Part shown: one piece after another, positions 50,173 through 63,487 of the stretch | Numbering within the stretch: position 1 is the first letter of the stretch | Layout: each line of letters begins with the position of its first letter | Source of the DNA: Octopus sinensis | Taxonomy: Eukaryota | Assembly (NCBI RefSeq): GCF_006345805.1 | Contig: NC_043000.1 | Location: 79,608,001 to 79,672,000 of the forward strand | Reading direction: 5' to 3' | Length of the DNA: 64,000 nucleotides | Translations under genes and position numbers: made by a program | Notes under the pieces: model-generated | Seen by the model: only the letters and a program-made list of their open reading frames with translations | Databases searched by the model: none | Told to the model about the DNA's origin: nothing

Positions 50173-50785
50173 GTGCAGGTGGCACGTAAAAAACACCCAC
50201 TACACTCGCGGAGTGGTTGGCGTTAGGAAGGGCATCCAGCCGTAGAAACACTGCCAGATCTGACTGGGCCTGACGAAGCCTTCCAGCTTCACGGACCCCA
50301 GTTGACCCGTCCAACCCATGCTAGCATGGAAAGCGGACGCTAAATGATGATGATGATACATGCCGCGAGTGTAGTGGGTGTTTTTTACGTGCCACCTGCA
50401 CAGGTGCCAGACAGAGCTGGCAAACGGTCACGAACGGATGGTGCTTTTACGTGTCACCGGCATGGGGCCAGGCGATGCTGGCAACGGACACGAACGAATG
50501 GTGCTTTTACGTGCCACCGACACGGGACCAGACAGTGCTGGCAAACGGCCACGAACGGACAGTGCTTTTACATGTCACTGGCACGGGGGCCAGCCGAGGC
50601 TGGCAATGGACACGAACGGATGGTGCTTTTACGTGCCACCGACACGGGGTCAGACAGAGCTGGCAAACGGCCACGAACGGACGGTGCTTTTACGTGTCAC
50701 CGGCATGGGGGCCAGCCAAGGCTGGCAACGAACACAAATGGATGGTGCTTTTACGTGCCACCGACACGGGGCCAGACAGAGCTGT
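50173..50785. mobile_element. RTE 3' tail (+) followed by an inverted RTE minisatellite array (-)
   Basis: Tail 50173-50357 ends in (GAT)n. 50363-50401 is the exact reverse complement of 50173-50211 and is followed by ~6.5 units of ~59-60 bp. Confidence 0.85.
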
Positions 50786-51893
50786 ATATGTGTACATATG
50801 TATGTGTGTATATTTGTATGTATGTATTCTGCATATTCATGTGTCTGTGTTTCTGTGTTTTTATGAGTGTGTGTGTGTTTTGCAACTATGTACCATGTTT
50901 ATATGTATGGGTGTGCATCTCCATATGTGTGGACGTGTGTCTCCATTAGTGTCCTTGTGTGAAGTAAAGTGTGTGTGTATATACGGTCACGTGTTTCAGT
51001 CTTCATTTGTGTATGTGTGCTTGTCTGTTCATATAACCTATGTACCTATCCATCTGTATGTTGATCTGTTTACTTTCATATCCATATGCTTATATACATG
51101 TGCATATGATGATGATGATACACCCACACATACATACATCTATCTACATAACAGCCCACTAACTATTCTACTCTACCTGTGTAAACTATGGGTATGGGGA
51201 TATGATATCTACTATGTATATTTCCTATTTAGTAGTGGGGAAGTTTCATTTATGAGGACGCACTCCTGTATTTGTCTGAGTGTTGGGTCCTTTGGGTGCT
51301 TGGATAAGATGTAGATGTCAAGTTGACCCAGGTTGCCTCCATGTTGGTCCTTGGCATGTTGGAGGACTGCTTTTTGTCGTCATATTATCTCAAATGTTCA
51401 TTTAGTCGTTCCGCAATGCTCTAAATTATAAAAGAGAATGACTCTCCCCAGACACAACATGAATAGTGTAATTTTCTATCCGTTCAACGTTAGCTCATTT
51501 ACATTTTAATTATAATACCAATTAGTATTTAGAACTATTTTAAGTTACAGACATATTTCTAGATAAGCTACTACTAGCACTATCACCAACACAGTACAAC
51601 TTTCATTTTGGTGTTCCTGGTGCCAAACAGATGATGTTGCCATGAAGAGTTCTTTGTATATCTAATAACCCACATTCAATTGACTTTATTCTAATGACAA
51701 TGGATTGTTTTTATTTGAACAAAAATGTACAAGTAAATGCTGAAAAGTACATCTCTGATGACGATAATAGTGCTTTGATGTATATATGATTATAGTCATG
51801 ATGTGCTGCTGCAATGAATACACTGCTGATGGTAGCAACATGTCCAAGAAAATGTAGAAAAACAAAAACAAACAGCACTTCTTGAAATGTTAA

Positions 51894-52114
51894 CCCTTTT
51901 GTTACCAACCCGGCTGAAACCATCTCTGGTTCTGAGTACAAAATGTCTTGTTTTCATAAGTTCTGAATTAAAATCTTCCACCAAACCTTAGTCACAATTT
52001 ATGTTCCTAACACTAGCTGAATGATAACTAAGTTATTTTACTAAATTCTTTGTTATATTTAAAATAACTGAAAGAAACACAGAGTATCTAAAAATAAATA
52101 CAGTAATGAAAGGG
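51894..52114. mobile_element. piggyBac-type MITE
   Basis: TTAA|CCCTTTTGTTACC ... GTAATGAAAGGG|TTAA. Confidence 0.82.
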
Positions 52115-52545
52115 TTAATGTCTGATGAAAAGTGGCTGAGGATTAAAGGTATGAGCTGATGTGTGAAATGTGATATTACATGGTGTGAAACAGAGGTGTT
52201 AGAGGGCATTTGGATGATGTTTGGGATTGATTAAATGTGTAATGACAATGATTGAACATATGAGTTGAGAGAAAGATTACTGCTGGCATGAGTTGATGTG
52301 TCTTGGAGGAGATGACTGATGATTATGGACAAATATTGTATGGTGAAAATTTTCAGTGTGCTATCTGTGAAGGTTTATCCATGAAACAGTAACTGAGAAA
52401 GGTTAGAGAAGACTTGGTACAGTCATGTCTGAGAATGTTGAGTATCACAGATAAGGTAACAAAAAACTAAGACAAGCAGCAATGTATGGTATGTAATGTA
52501 ATGTAAGTGTGTGTGTGTGAGAGAGAGAGAGAAATGTTTACTTAC

Positions 52546-52673
52546 TTGTTATCAGGTGTGAAGGTAGGAGCCATATCAACTGCTGTTACTGAATCACTGA
52601 ATATGAAATTGTCTTTTGGTTGAACAGAGATGACATCATTAGTTGAGTGTGGAGGACAATTCCAGAGAATTAC
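52546..52673 (-). CDS. ELP2: ELP2 exon
   Basis: tttag|GTAATT...AACAA|gtaagt. VILWNCPPHSTNDVISVQPKDNFIFSDSVTAVDMAPTFTPDN(K); phase 0 to phase 2. Confidence 0.9.
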
Positions 52674-52999
52674 CTAAATATATAGAACAGACATAAGACT
52701 GGAATTACATCACATTCAGGTGACAGATATTGTGTTATGTACCATATATATGCACATGTGTGTGTGTAGCATCTGAATATAATTGAAATACAGAGAGGGA
52801 GAGAATTACTGTGATATTTCCTGATCAGAGCTAAAGGTCAAATGGGTAATCAATACTACCGAACATTACTTGGAAACTGCACTGATTATTCCCAACATCT
52901 CAGTAAACTGAGGTGATGCAGAATAAAAGTGACCTGCTAACAAACACTATGAAACACCATCAAGCAGATTTGAAATTCTAGAGACCGAGACCTCTGAAA

Positions 53000-53650
53000 G
53001 TGTGCTGTGCGCGAGAAGACCCGGCAGGACAAGTGAGTCCATAACCCGTGGCCTTCTACATGGGATGGAGCCAGCCTACGTATGCATACCTTCCCTTCTT
53101 GGGACACAAAACTCTACTTGTGAAGACGTGATGAGGCAAGTGAGGATCAGAATCGAAATCGATCAATGGAAATTGCGGATGTGCTACCAGTGCCGGTGGC
53201 ATGTCAAAACTCTGCTTGTGAAGACCCGTTGAGGCAAGTGACGATCAGAATCGAAATCGATCAATGGAAATCGATCAATGGAAATTGCAGATGTGTTACC
53301 AGTGCCGGTGGCATGTAAGAGAACTTTCCGTTTCGCGACCGTTGCCAGCACCGCCCCGTTTCGTGTCCGTTGCCAGCCTTGCCTGGCCCTCGTGCCGGTG
53401 GCACATAAAAAGCACCATCCGTTCGTGGCCGTTTGCCAGCTCTGTCTGGCACCAGTGCGGGTGGCACGTAAAAAGCACCCACTACACTCACGGAGTGGTT
53501 GGCGTTAGGAAGGGCATCCAGCCGTAGAAACACTGCCAGATTTGACTGGGCCTGATGAAGCCTTCTGGCTTCACAGACCCCAGTAGAACCGTCCAACCCA
53601 TGCTAGCATGGAAAACGGACGCTAAACGATGATGATGATGATGATGATGA
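53000..53650 (+). mobile_element. RTE 3' UTR with internal duplications, minisatellite units and (GAT)n tail
   Basis: Duplicated CTTGTGAAGAC...GATCAGAATCGAAATCGATCAATGGAAAT block; tail matches 50173-50357. Confidence 0.85.
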
Positions 53651-56287
53651 TCAATATTATCAATGCTTTAGCAGTTTTCTATACTGACACAGGTTGGATT
53701 GGTCTACCATACACTATATTTCTACTTGTCTTGGTCTTTTGTCATTTCATTTGTGATGCTCAGCATTCTGAGACCTGACTGTATTAAGTCTTCTCTCAGA
53801 GAGAGCACAATAATTTTTCACCCCACAATATTTGTCCATACATGTCATGCATCTGTACAATTTAAATTATCTCCCCAGCACACATTAACTTTTATCTTTG
53901 ATACCCAGTTTCTGTTTCTTTCAGTTCACATGCATTCAAAATTTTATGTGGGTTAAACTTACACATACAATAGTTTATAATCATCCTATTTCAGTCTCTA
54001 ATCCTAATAATTCCCTCGTTCAACACTCAATGTTTTACAACCAGGTTGCATCACACTTCACATAATTGATACATCTGCTCATATCTTTAATCTCCAGTCA
54101 TTCTCTCTCACTGCTCATGTTACAGCCATGCTTATATTATACATAAAGCAGCTCATGTTTGTCCCATTTCACTTCAGTTTCTAAAGACATTTAATCCTCA
54201 TTTTCAGTACATCTAAGAGAGAAAAACATTTTGTTGCCAATAGAAGCAACAGCTGCTGGTAGTACATCCTCAACCTCTACTATAATTTTGCTTCAAACAT
54301 CAATCATCCATAAAATATTAAATAATTCTGTTAAGGAGAAACACAAAGTCTGGTTGGAAAAAAATTTGGTGTAAAATTAAAGAAGATATCACAACTTTTA
54401 ACAGACTACTTTCAAATTTTGGCAGAAGGCCAGCAATATCAAGGAGGGGATAAGTTGATTACATCAACCCCAGTGTTCAGCTGGTACTTATTTAACTAAT
54501 CCCAAAAGGATGAAAAGCAAAATTGACCTTGGTGAGAATTTGAAATGCCACTAAGCATTCTGCACAGTGTGCTACGTTCACAGCTTTTAACATATTGATA
54601 ATTCACCACCATCTCCCAACTAATCTAAATAACCAATCACATTGATATCTCTGATTTATGAATGTCAAGAAATGTTCTGTTCATTGCTCTAACAAGAAAA
54701 AGTGAAATAAATATCAGCATGAGTTGCTTAGCAGGATGGAGGTGATTTATCAAGGGAAAATATAAACACCAAATTTTAAAGTAAAAGTAATTACTATTAT
54801 GCACTGCATATATCCTTCTTTCAGATATTTTTGCTACTTTGATTGCCATCAGATAGTATGAACATTCAATGGAGATATATAGTCTAATGGTGCAGTGTAG
54901 TTGTAGAATAATAATTGATTGGAGTCGGATGTTTCTATCAACCTTTTATTCCTACCAAAATCATATTTGACTAGTTTTGATGTGGTTATTCAGAAAGATA
55001 CTGATCACATAGACAGTTTCATACAAAACCAGCACTCCTTAAATATCTTGATTATTTCAGTCAGTGAGGAAACTTCTATGTGTCAGCACAATTTGCAAGA
55101 AATAGTACTCAAATTTCCCTCAAGTTCAGCTCTTTTATTATCAAAACAATGAAGGAATATTAGATAATGTTGCTGGAAAAAAGCAGGATGGTCACAACCG
55201 GAATGCCTTTGACCATAGATCTGCACAGTCAAGGTTGACTGGGAGGCTAAACAATAATCCTGGTTATTTAATGTTGAGACAAATATCAACTTCAGTATCA
55301 TTACAATATCTGTTTTCCAGGGCTGGTATGGACTGACATAATGTCACTAATTGACTGAACATCCCCTCATTTGTGAGGCCAAACATTCTGAAGTCTAACC
55401 GCCACCATAGAGTCTCAGGTCTTCCTTCTATTTTCTCTACCTTGAGTATCCCATTTCTCTTGAAATACATTGGAGAACTACTTGGGGATGGTCATATATT
55501 GTCAATTAAACACAAGTACTATATATTTGGTCTTCACTTCAACTATATTATTACCGAGGTGAAGACCAAATATATAGTGCATGTTTTTAATTATAAAACT
55601 GAAGTGAAGACTAAACATATAGTGCAGGTGATTAATTGCAAAATATGTCTATCCCTAAGTATAACAATATCTGTTTCAACACACAATTTCACATCAAAAA
55701 TCTTGCAAAACAGATACATAAAAGGAAATACTTGAAACTTTCTTTTATTTCACCCAACACTTGGCAGTATAAATGTCTCTTAAAGGGACTTTTATCTCCA
55801 GATAACATTCCTCTCAGATTGTCTAATGTTACCTCTTCCATCATAATATCTAGATGGAAATGAGCTCGTGTAGAAGATAGGGTAATGACTGAAAGACATT
55901 AAAATAAAATAAATGTTTCCTGAACAAGATGCCAGTCTATGACAGGTAATATGATATGATTTGCTACCTGTTCGTGGATGGTAGTCAAGTGAACTGAGGG
56001 AATAGAATGTATTGTCCCAGAGAAACTAAAATGAGAGATAATTCTTATTAGAGTTATTTATCATAGACTTCAAGGAGAGTGAAGTTACATTCATAAATGA
56101 TCTGGTGGAACCTATTCCCTTGTGACAGCCAAGTTAACTGAGGTTACGTGAAAGAAAAACTGAAACATCATCAGAAGTTTGAACTTCTGAACAGATAGCC
56201 CAATACCCTGTCCACTCAGCCACTTCATCAACTCATGGCTCTCTTTACATTTTACCAATGAATAAATAAATAAAATTAGACACTCAC

Positions 56288-56409
56288 TTTCTTATCCCGA
56301 GATGCTGTGGCAAAATAGGCATTGTCATGTGACCAACAACATGACCAAATGATGCGAGAATGGGCTGAAGTCTTTTTGTCAACAGAGGCAATTTTCTTAA
56401 ATGGAATAT
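56288..56409 (-). CDS. ELP2: ELP2 exon
   Basis: ctcag|ATATTC...AAGAAA|gtgagt. (D)[40 protein letters not shown], matching ELP2 [19 protein letters not shown]. Confidence 0.94.
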
Positions 56410-56904
56410 CTGAGAGAGAGAGAGAGAGAGAAAATATATAAAGCTGTCAAGAAAAGACAATGAATCCATGAGGAATTATACATTTAGATATTATTGGTAG
56501 GGAGTATGAGAGTTGTAGCAAGCTTTGCTGACATGGTGAAATGGGATGTGGAGAATTTTCAAGGAGAGTTGGCTAACTTCAGAGGGAGAGACTATATAGC
56601 AGGTTTTCAAGAACTTAAGATGAGGTGAGGAATCCCAGAGGGAGAAGAAATACTTTATAGGGAATGGGAGGGGAGGAGACAATATCATAGATCAAGATAT
56701 TTTAGAGGGTGGGAATTTCCAAGGGGTTGGGGGAAATAGTTGTAATACTTCCAAGAAGACCTGCATAAACAAGAAGACCTACATAAACATCAATAACACT
56801 GACAGCAAGAGTACTACCTATAACACAAACTGTGACACAGTAATAATATTATGTATGCTGTAACTACTGGAATGTGTGTGTGTACATGTGAAAGCATATA
56901 TATA

Positions 56905-57162
56905 TCTGTGTCGGTGGCACATAAAAAACACCATCCGAGCGTGGCCGTTTGTCAGCCTCGTCTGGCACCTGTGTCGGTGGCACATAAAATCACCCACTAC
57001 ACTCTCGGAGTGGTTGGCGTTAGGAAGGGCATCCAGCTGTAGAAACACTGCCAGATCTGACTGGACTGGTGCAGCTTTCGGGCTCCCCAGACCCCAGTTG
57101 AACCGTCCAACCCATGCTAGTATGGAAAGCGGACGTTAAATGATGATGATGATGATGATGAT
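56905..57162 (+). mobile_element. RTE 3' tail fragment
   Basis: One to two minisatellite units plus the tail and (GAT)n. Confidence 0.82.
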
Positions 57163-57451
57163 GATATGCATATATATCATCATCACTTAACCTCCTCCTT
57201 CCATGCTGGCATGGGTTGGATGGTTTAAGAAACCAGAACACTGTGCTAGCATGGATTAGATGAATACATATTATTGATGCATTGTTTTTCTTTTTAAAAC
57301 AAGGTGCCCTAAACTCTACTTTTTATTCAAGTAAAGGATCTTTCATTCCACTTGTTTTCAAATGTGCAAAGCTAACAGGTGATTTGTTGACAAGGAATTA
57401 TCAACATTGTTTGTAGCTGAAGACTTTTTCATATTTTAATATATATATATA

Positions 57452-59043
57452 CTAGCAGTTTAGCCCAGCGTTGCCCAAGATTAAGTTAGGATTAATAAGC
57501 TAATCAAGCACTTTGTTTCAAACCAAACTAAGTTACACCAACTTCAAATTTCAGTAAAATCCATTGAAATTAGAAAACATTTGGCCGAGAATGGGTTGCA
57601 GACAATTTGATTGGGAAATCCCATAAGGAATCGGTTTATCGATTTTTTCCACTCATCGATTGTTTTTTAATTTTTTTGGAGAACTTAAAGCATTCAAATA
57701 TCCCATAAGTCCTAAGCAACAGCAGCATAAAGTTTGAACAAAATACATCAAAATTAGTAAAAGTTATTGTTGAAAATGGGGTGTAACCAATTTTAGTGGA
57801 AAATCCTATAAGGAATCAGTTTATTGATTTTTCACCCCAAAAAAGGAACTAACAAATCACAACATTACTGATTCAAAAATCTATATTTATACTTTAAAGT
57901 TAGTTTTCACACCTAACCCAATTCTACAGAATCAGTGTCACAACGGGAACACATGGATTGGGAGTTTGACCTGCAGAAATGATTAGGTTGCACATGCCGG
58001 CCCTTTCGAACCCCCCATCATCATCTAACCCCACTTGGCCATGTGTGTTTGAGAGAGAGAGAGGTGTGTGTGTGTGTGAGGGAGAGAGAAAGTGACAGCA
58101 TATATTTTAAAATTTATTTTTCCTCGCATCTTTTCTGAGTGAGTGATTGACTGCGAGAGAAAGAGAGAGAGAGACAGTGTGTGATAGCGTAATGCCCCTC
58201 TCACTTTCTCTCAAACACACACTAAAAACAGATGCGAGAAAAAGTAAATAAATTAAATTTACGCTATCTCTCACTCTCTCTCTGTCTCACACACACAGTA
58301 ACACACACTTTCTTTCTCGTTCCAATAACACACACCTCTCTCAGTCAATCCCTCACACACTCACTCAAAAAGATGCGAGGAAAAATAAATTTTAAAAATG
58401 TATGCTGTTGCTCTTTCTCTCTCTCACACACACATACAGCGTACATTCTTTAGATTTATTTCTCCTTGCATCTTTTTTGAGCGAGTGTGTGGATGATTCA
58501 CAGAGAGAGAGAGAGAGAGAGGGGAAGTGTGTGTGAGAAAGAGAGGTGTGTTGTTGGAAAAAGAGAGAGGGGAAGTGTGTGTGAGAGAGAGCGTAAATTT
58601 TATCTTACTTTTTCTCGCGTCTTTTTTAGTGTCTTTGACAGAGAGAGAGGGGGGAGGCATTACGTTATCACTCTCTCTTTCTCTCTCAGTCAATCACTCA
58701 AAAAAGATGCAACGAAAAATAAATTTAAGAAGTGTATGCTGTCACACTCTCTTTCTCTCTCTCTCCCTCACACACCACTTTGCTATTGCAAGAAGGGGAC
58801 TTAACTCATGTTAGCAAACTTACAGATTTCACCGATGTTCAAAATTGGTAAAAGTTATGGTTGAAAATCAATTTTTACTGCTATCCACAGGTGTTTCAAG
58901 AAAAATAGGTTGACAATAGCACAGCCATGGTCATGACCAAAGTCCTCCAAAAATTGGAGCGACATACATGCTAATCTGTGGACGTGCATAAATTACATCC
59001 ATGTACACACACACACACACATCCTGCCTTTTATAAATATAGA
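57452..59043 (-). mobile_element. Non-autonomous Helitron with internal repeat array
   Basis: A|TCTATATTTATAAAAGGCAGGATG 5' end at 59043; CTTGGGCAACGCTGGGCTAAACTG-CTAG|T 3' end at 57452; inserted in an AT dinucleotide. Confidence 0.85.
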
Positions 59044-59419
59044 TATATATATATTACATGGTAAAACAATAGGGGGTTGACTTCTAGCATAATGGATGTC
59101 CACTTCGTGGTCATCCCTCTTATATGTAATATAATTTTTCTGAACCTTCAGATTTTTCTATATGCTAGACCACTGATTTTAAATTGATATTAATCAAATT
59201 AATATTCAATCTTGCACCCTTATTATTTTAAATAAATAAATATATATATAGAGAGAGAGAGATAGATAGATATATATATATAGAGAGAGAGAGAGACACA
59301 CACATATACACAGCAATAAAAAGAACTACACAAACAAAATCAATTGCAAGAAAAATTCAAATAATATTAAAAAAAGACATTACAAAAATCAAAAAAGTTT
59401 GAAAAAAACCCCAACTAAC

Positions 59420-59600
59420 CATGGTCCACTGCATGTCTAAAAAGTGTCCAGGTACGGTCCCTAGACACAGACAGAAGATGTTGACCATCATATGAAAAAG
59501 CCAGTTGAGTGACCGTCAATGAAGGGCCTTCAAGGACACCAAGTTGTTTCCAGTTTGAACAATTCCATAAGATAATTCCTGCAAATTCACTTTTGGAAGC
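59420..59600 (-). CDS. ELP2: ELP2 exon
   Basis: ttcag|GCTTCC...CATG|gttagt. ASKSEFAGIILWNCSNWKQLGVLEGPSLTVTQLAFSYDGQHLLSVSRDRTWTLFRHAVDH. Confidence 0.95.
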
Positions 59601-60394
59601 CTGAAAATGAGAAACAGAGAAAACAGTCATAATTTGTAAAATTACAGAGTCTGCCTTATCACAGACTGTTAGCTGGTAGATTTAATATAACATCTGGTTT
59701 AATACCATTACATGGCTCTTGAAAACCTTTGGTAGAAATTCATTCTGTTGATAGAATTTGAACCAGGTTTCTGATCTAATGATATCTTGATAATATTTTA
59801 CTCTGCTTTCTAATGCAACAACTCTGAATTGTGGTTTACTCCTCTAGTTTTGGAAAACTTTGCAATGATCATTGGACGAACTGAGAGATTTTGTAAAGGC
59901 TATCAGTAAATTGGAAGAACTTGTGAAGGTCATTGGTAAATGAAAAAAAAAATTTCAGTATAACAAGAGTAAACATAAGAAACTAATGATGCCTTTACAA
60001 AATTATTTGACCTGCCAGAAATAGCAGACAAATCTCCTTTAAATTATACCTAACAAAAACGAAGAAAAAAGAAAGAACACATTGGATAAGGAAATCCTAG
60101 ATATACTGTTTGAATAAAAAGACAGATTGGTTATAGTTGGAACATCTTGTATTTACAACACTGGCTGTGGACCAGGGCTAAATGATAGCTACAAACCAAT
60201 AGGGGAATTCATATATGGTTACTGAAGCAGCTAGAAATAGCAGTTGATTTTTTTAAAACTCAAACCCTATATACAAAGCACTCAGATACACACACATAAG
60301 CATATATAGATTTACACCACACACACACACACCTACCAATCCTCTTTTCTTTCACATATAATTAGAAGTAAAACAACAAAACAACTATCCTTAC

Positions 60395-60525
60395 TTTACA
60401 AGCTGAAGCAAGTATTTCTCCTCTAGGATCAGCTGTTACTGCAAAGATCTCATAACCATGTCCATATAGCTTTTGTGTTTCAGGCCACAGTGTGTTCTGT
60501 AGTAAATGTTCTTCTGTGGGTGGCT
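60395..60525 (-). CDS. ELP2: ELP2 exon
   Basis: ttcag|AGCCAC...TGTAAA|gtaagg. (E)[43 protein letters not shown]. Confidence 0.96.
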
Positions 60526-62126
60526 CTGAAGATAAAAGATATTGACAATAACCACAAATATCTTTGTAATAACTATATGCACCACAGTGGCATCTATATT
60601 GACATAACACTAACAATAGGAACAATGCTGGGGTACAAAGGTGTAGGACAATAACCACAGACTCAGAGCTCTAGATTGCATTAAAAATAAAGCCAACCAT
60701 TCATCTCAGTCGAAAATTTCCAATGACCAACACACAGCTTACACTAGTATGCTGCTTTATAACTGTTACAACATTTCCTGCTTCTCTGAACCAATAAACT
60801 TTATAATATCCTTGCTCAAACTAATGCATATTACTGTATTGTGGTTTGGTTAGTAAAAGGAAGGGTGTTTGGATTCAAAATCCTTATTGTTGTAAAAGAG
60901 TTGCAATGAAAATGAAAACAAATGGCTTACTTACAGGGCAGAATGAGAAGTGTGACAGGACATAGCAAAGAGACATTGGTATTGATTGTATGGGAGATGA
61001 GAATTATGTGGCTGGGTGTGTAAAGTTGACCTTCAAGAGGGCAGAGGTGAGAATGGGTGGAGATTAAAGATTCACAGATCTGTATAGGAGAGGTTGGTGT
61101 TAGGAAAGGCATTCTGTTATAGAAATATTGCCAAAACTGACACACAGAAGCAAGAAGTTGTACTTTGATCTGTCTAGGAGGCTGCAACTCCAATAAGAAC
61201 TGACTCAGCTCGCTTTGAAATATTCAATCCAAACCAGCATAGAAAACAGACATAAAATAATGATGATATATATAAGTGAGATAGCAATGGATTCTCCTAT
61301 TCAACCCACTCCATCATCTTCACTCTATTCCTTTCTCTTTCTCACTAAGTCCTTACACTATTCTTTTCCTTGCACCTTCCAGTCCTTCCTCTCACAGCAA
61401 TAAATCTGTCCCTCCTATCATATTTCTCTCAACATTCAACCAAAAGTCATAATTCTTTCTTCTAGTTTCCATTGTGGGGTCTATTTAGTCTTACCAGTTA
61501 CAAGGCAACCTCATACAGGACATTTTGTCTTAGTAAGGCTAAGACAATCTCCTGAGTGGTGGTTCCATGAAAAAGTGCACCCAATACATACTATAAAGTT
61601 GGTGATAAGAAGAGCATTCAGTTGTAGAAATTATGCTACGTCTGAGACATTGGAGCAAGACATGGTCCTCTGACCTATCAGATACTGTTAAACTGTTCAA
61701 CCTACGCCAGCATGAAAAGCAAGCATATGATGATGATGATACCCTCTAACTCACTCAATCACTCTCTTACACACACATGAATACAATGATCCTCATCACC
61801 TTTTATGTCCACTTATTCCATGCTGAAAAAAGTAGACAAGTAATGGGTTAGACCAGATATATTGAAGTAATGTTCTACAACCAGATACCCTTCCTGTTAC
61901 TAACCCATACCATTTTTTGAAGAAAGGCATTATTATTATATCTTCATAGCTATGTATATATGTGGATGTGTTTTGAACAAGAACCTAGTAAACTTATTAC
62001 ATTTGAAAAAAATATACCTTGCAATATACCTGATAAGAATTTAGAAGCCTCAAGAGAAATGAAATAATTTTCTTTAATATCCTGAAGTTTTTTTTTTAAT
62101 CCCAAATTTAGATGCTTTAGTAAGTT

Positions 62127-62310
62127 GGTGAGCTGGCAGAATCGTTAGCATGCCAGACAAGATGCTTAGTGGCATTTCATCCATCTTTACATTCTGAGTT
62201 CAAATTCCTCCAGGGTCAACTTTGCCTTTCATCCTTTCAGGGTCGATAAATTAAGTACCAGTGAAACACAGGGGTCGATGTAATTGACTAGTCTCCTACC
62301 CTAAAATTCT
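62127..62310 (+). mobile_element. tRNA-derived SINE (4285-5560 family)
   Basis: GGTGAGCTGGCAGAATCGTTAGC...GAGTTCAAATTCC...GCCTTTCATCCTTTCAGGGTCGATAAATTAAGTACCAG. Confidence 0.85.
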
Positions 62311-62411
62311 AGTAATGAACTTCCACTTTAGTTTTTTTTCCCGCAGGTAAATAATTAGGAAAATAAAGTCAGTGATGATGATGATGATTAATTTAAGCAT
62401 AGTCTACCAAC

Positions 62412-62565
62412 CGTGAAGTGTCACCGGAGAAAAATAAACCTCAGGGTATTGCTCGTTGGGATGGGCCTCAATCTCCTCTTCAGCAGTTTTCTCATTGCAA
62501 TAGACAGCTTTATTGGAGAGGCCAAGAGCTGGAACACTGGCTCCTTGTGGCACAGAAGAAATTTC
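62412..62565 (-). CDS. ELP2: ELP2 exon (not in ORF track in this frame)
   Basis: ttcag|GAAATT...CACG|gttggt. EISSVPQGASVPALGLSNKAVYCNEKTAEEEIEAHPNEQYPEVYFSPVTLH contains the ELP2 P.GA.VPALGLSNKAV motif. Phase 0 to phase 1. Confidence 0.94.
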
Positions 62566-63234
62566 CTGAAAAGATTCACACAAAAGATGAACTTTTACTG
62601 TTATAGATCACAGAATCTTGAAATATAAAGCCTCTTTTTGATACAAAAAATGCTTGAGACCATCCTTGGTTCTATGACAAAAACTTCCCGTTTTCAAGTC
62701 ATGTAAATTAAAATCTGCATCAAAATTTCATATCAATTATGTTTTAAGCTTCAGTTTAATAATAACAAAGTTTTATTGAGTTTATCATTACTTTGAAAAT
62801 TAAATGAAAGAAAGGCAAAGTATTTCAATGAAAGTCTAGCAACAAAAAGGTTAATTTCTAGCTGTCAACATTGTACCATTATGTAAATTCCTGTTTAATA
62901 AAGGCTAACCAAGGGCTAAACGATGACTAGCTATAAATAGTATCACTACATCTGATACTCACAGACTAGTAGAACTTTGAGGTTACTAGGCTTGCAAGAA
63001 GTAGCAGCCTAATCTCCCTCTAATCACACTCTACTGCCTTAAAAGTGAAAGAACATATTGGATAATGTTGTCTTAGATATATTAGACTTGAAAAATAAAA
63101 GCTATGCTCTGGTTAAACTGCTGAAGCAGAGCTGTGCTAGTGCTAAACTATTAGATCAGGGATGAGATAGATCCAAATAACTTCACAGACTGCAGAAGAA
63201 CGCAAAATACCATCAAATGTGAGACAATAATTAC

Positions 63235-63429
63235 CTTATTTTTCAATTCCACTTCAATGTCCAATTTGCTAATATTGCAAAAATTCTCAATAAAATTCTT
63301 TGGTGCATTAAACACCCTCAACACTTTCTCATCTGCACCACTGACAAACTTATAACGATGTAGAACAGCAAGACATTGTATATCATAGCCATGCACTTGA
63401 GGACGGGCAACTTCATACCATGTTGGTCG
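63235..63429 (-). CDS. ELP2: ELP2 (Elongator complex protein 2) internal exon
   Basis: ctgcag|CGACCA...AATAAG|gtaatt. [50 protein letters not shown] contains the diagnostic ELP2 motifs E.ARPQ.HGYD and [13 protein letters not shown]. 195 nt. Confidence 0.96.
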
Positions 63430-63487
63430 CTGCAGAAGAAATGGTTCCAAGAAAGACTTAAATTTTACAAAAGAACATGATTTACAG

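Noticed and set aside
50363-50785. CRISPR-like array (conserved repeat plus ~35-bp 'spacers'); similar arrays at 11040-11600 and 18390-18760
   Set aside because: The spacers are homologous to each other (A/B alternation), the array is part of an RTE 3' UTR, the context is eukaryotic and no cas genes are present.
54900-55470. Moderately complex ORF fragments in an ELP2 intron (55083-55301, 55264-55470, 54919-55152)
   Set aside because: They are not needed for the ELP2 frame (56288 joins 52673 in phase) and have no identifiable domain; likely an old TE remnant.
60526-60658. Upstream in-frame extension of the ELP2 exon in ORF 60362-60658
   Set aside because: Homology starts at EPPTEE right after a clear ttcag acceptor whose phase matches the upstream exon; the extension is intronic read-through.
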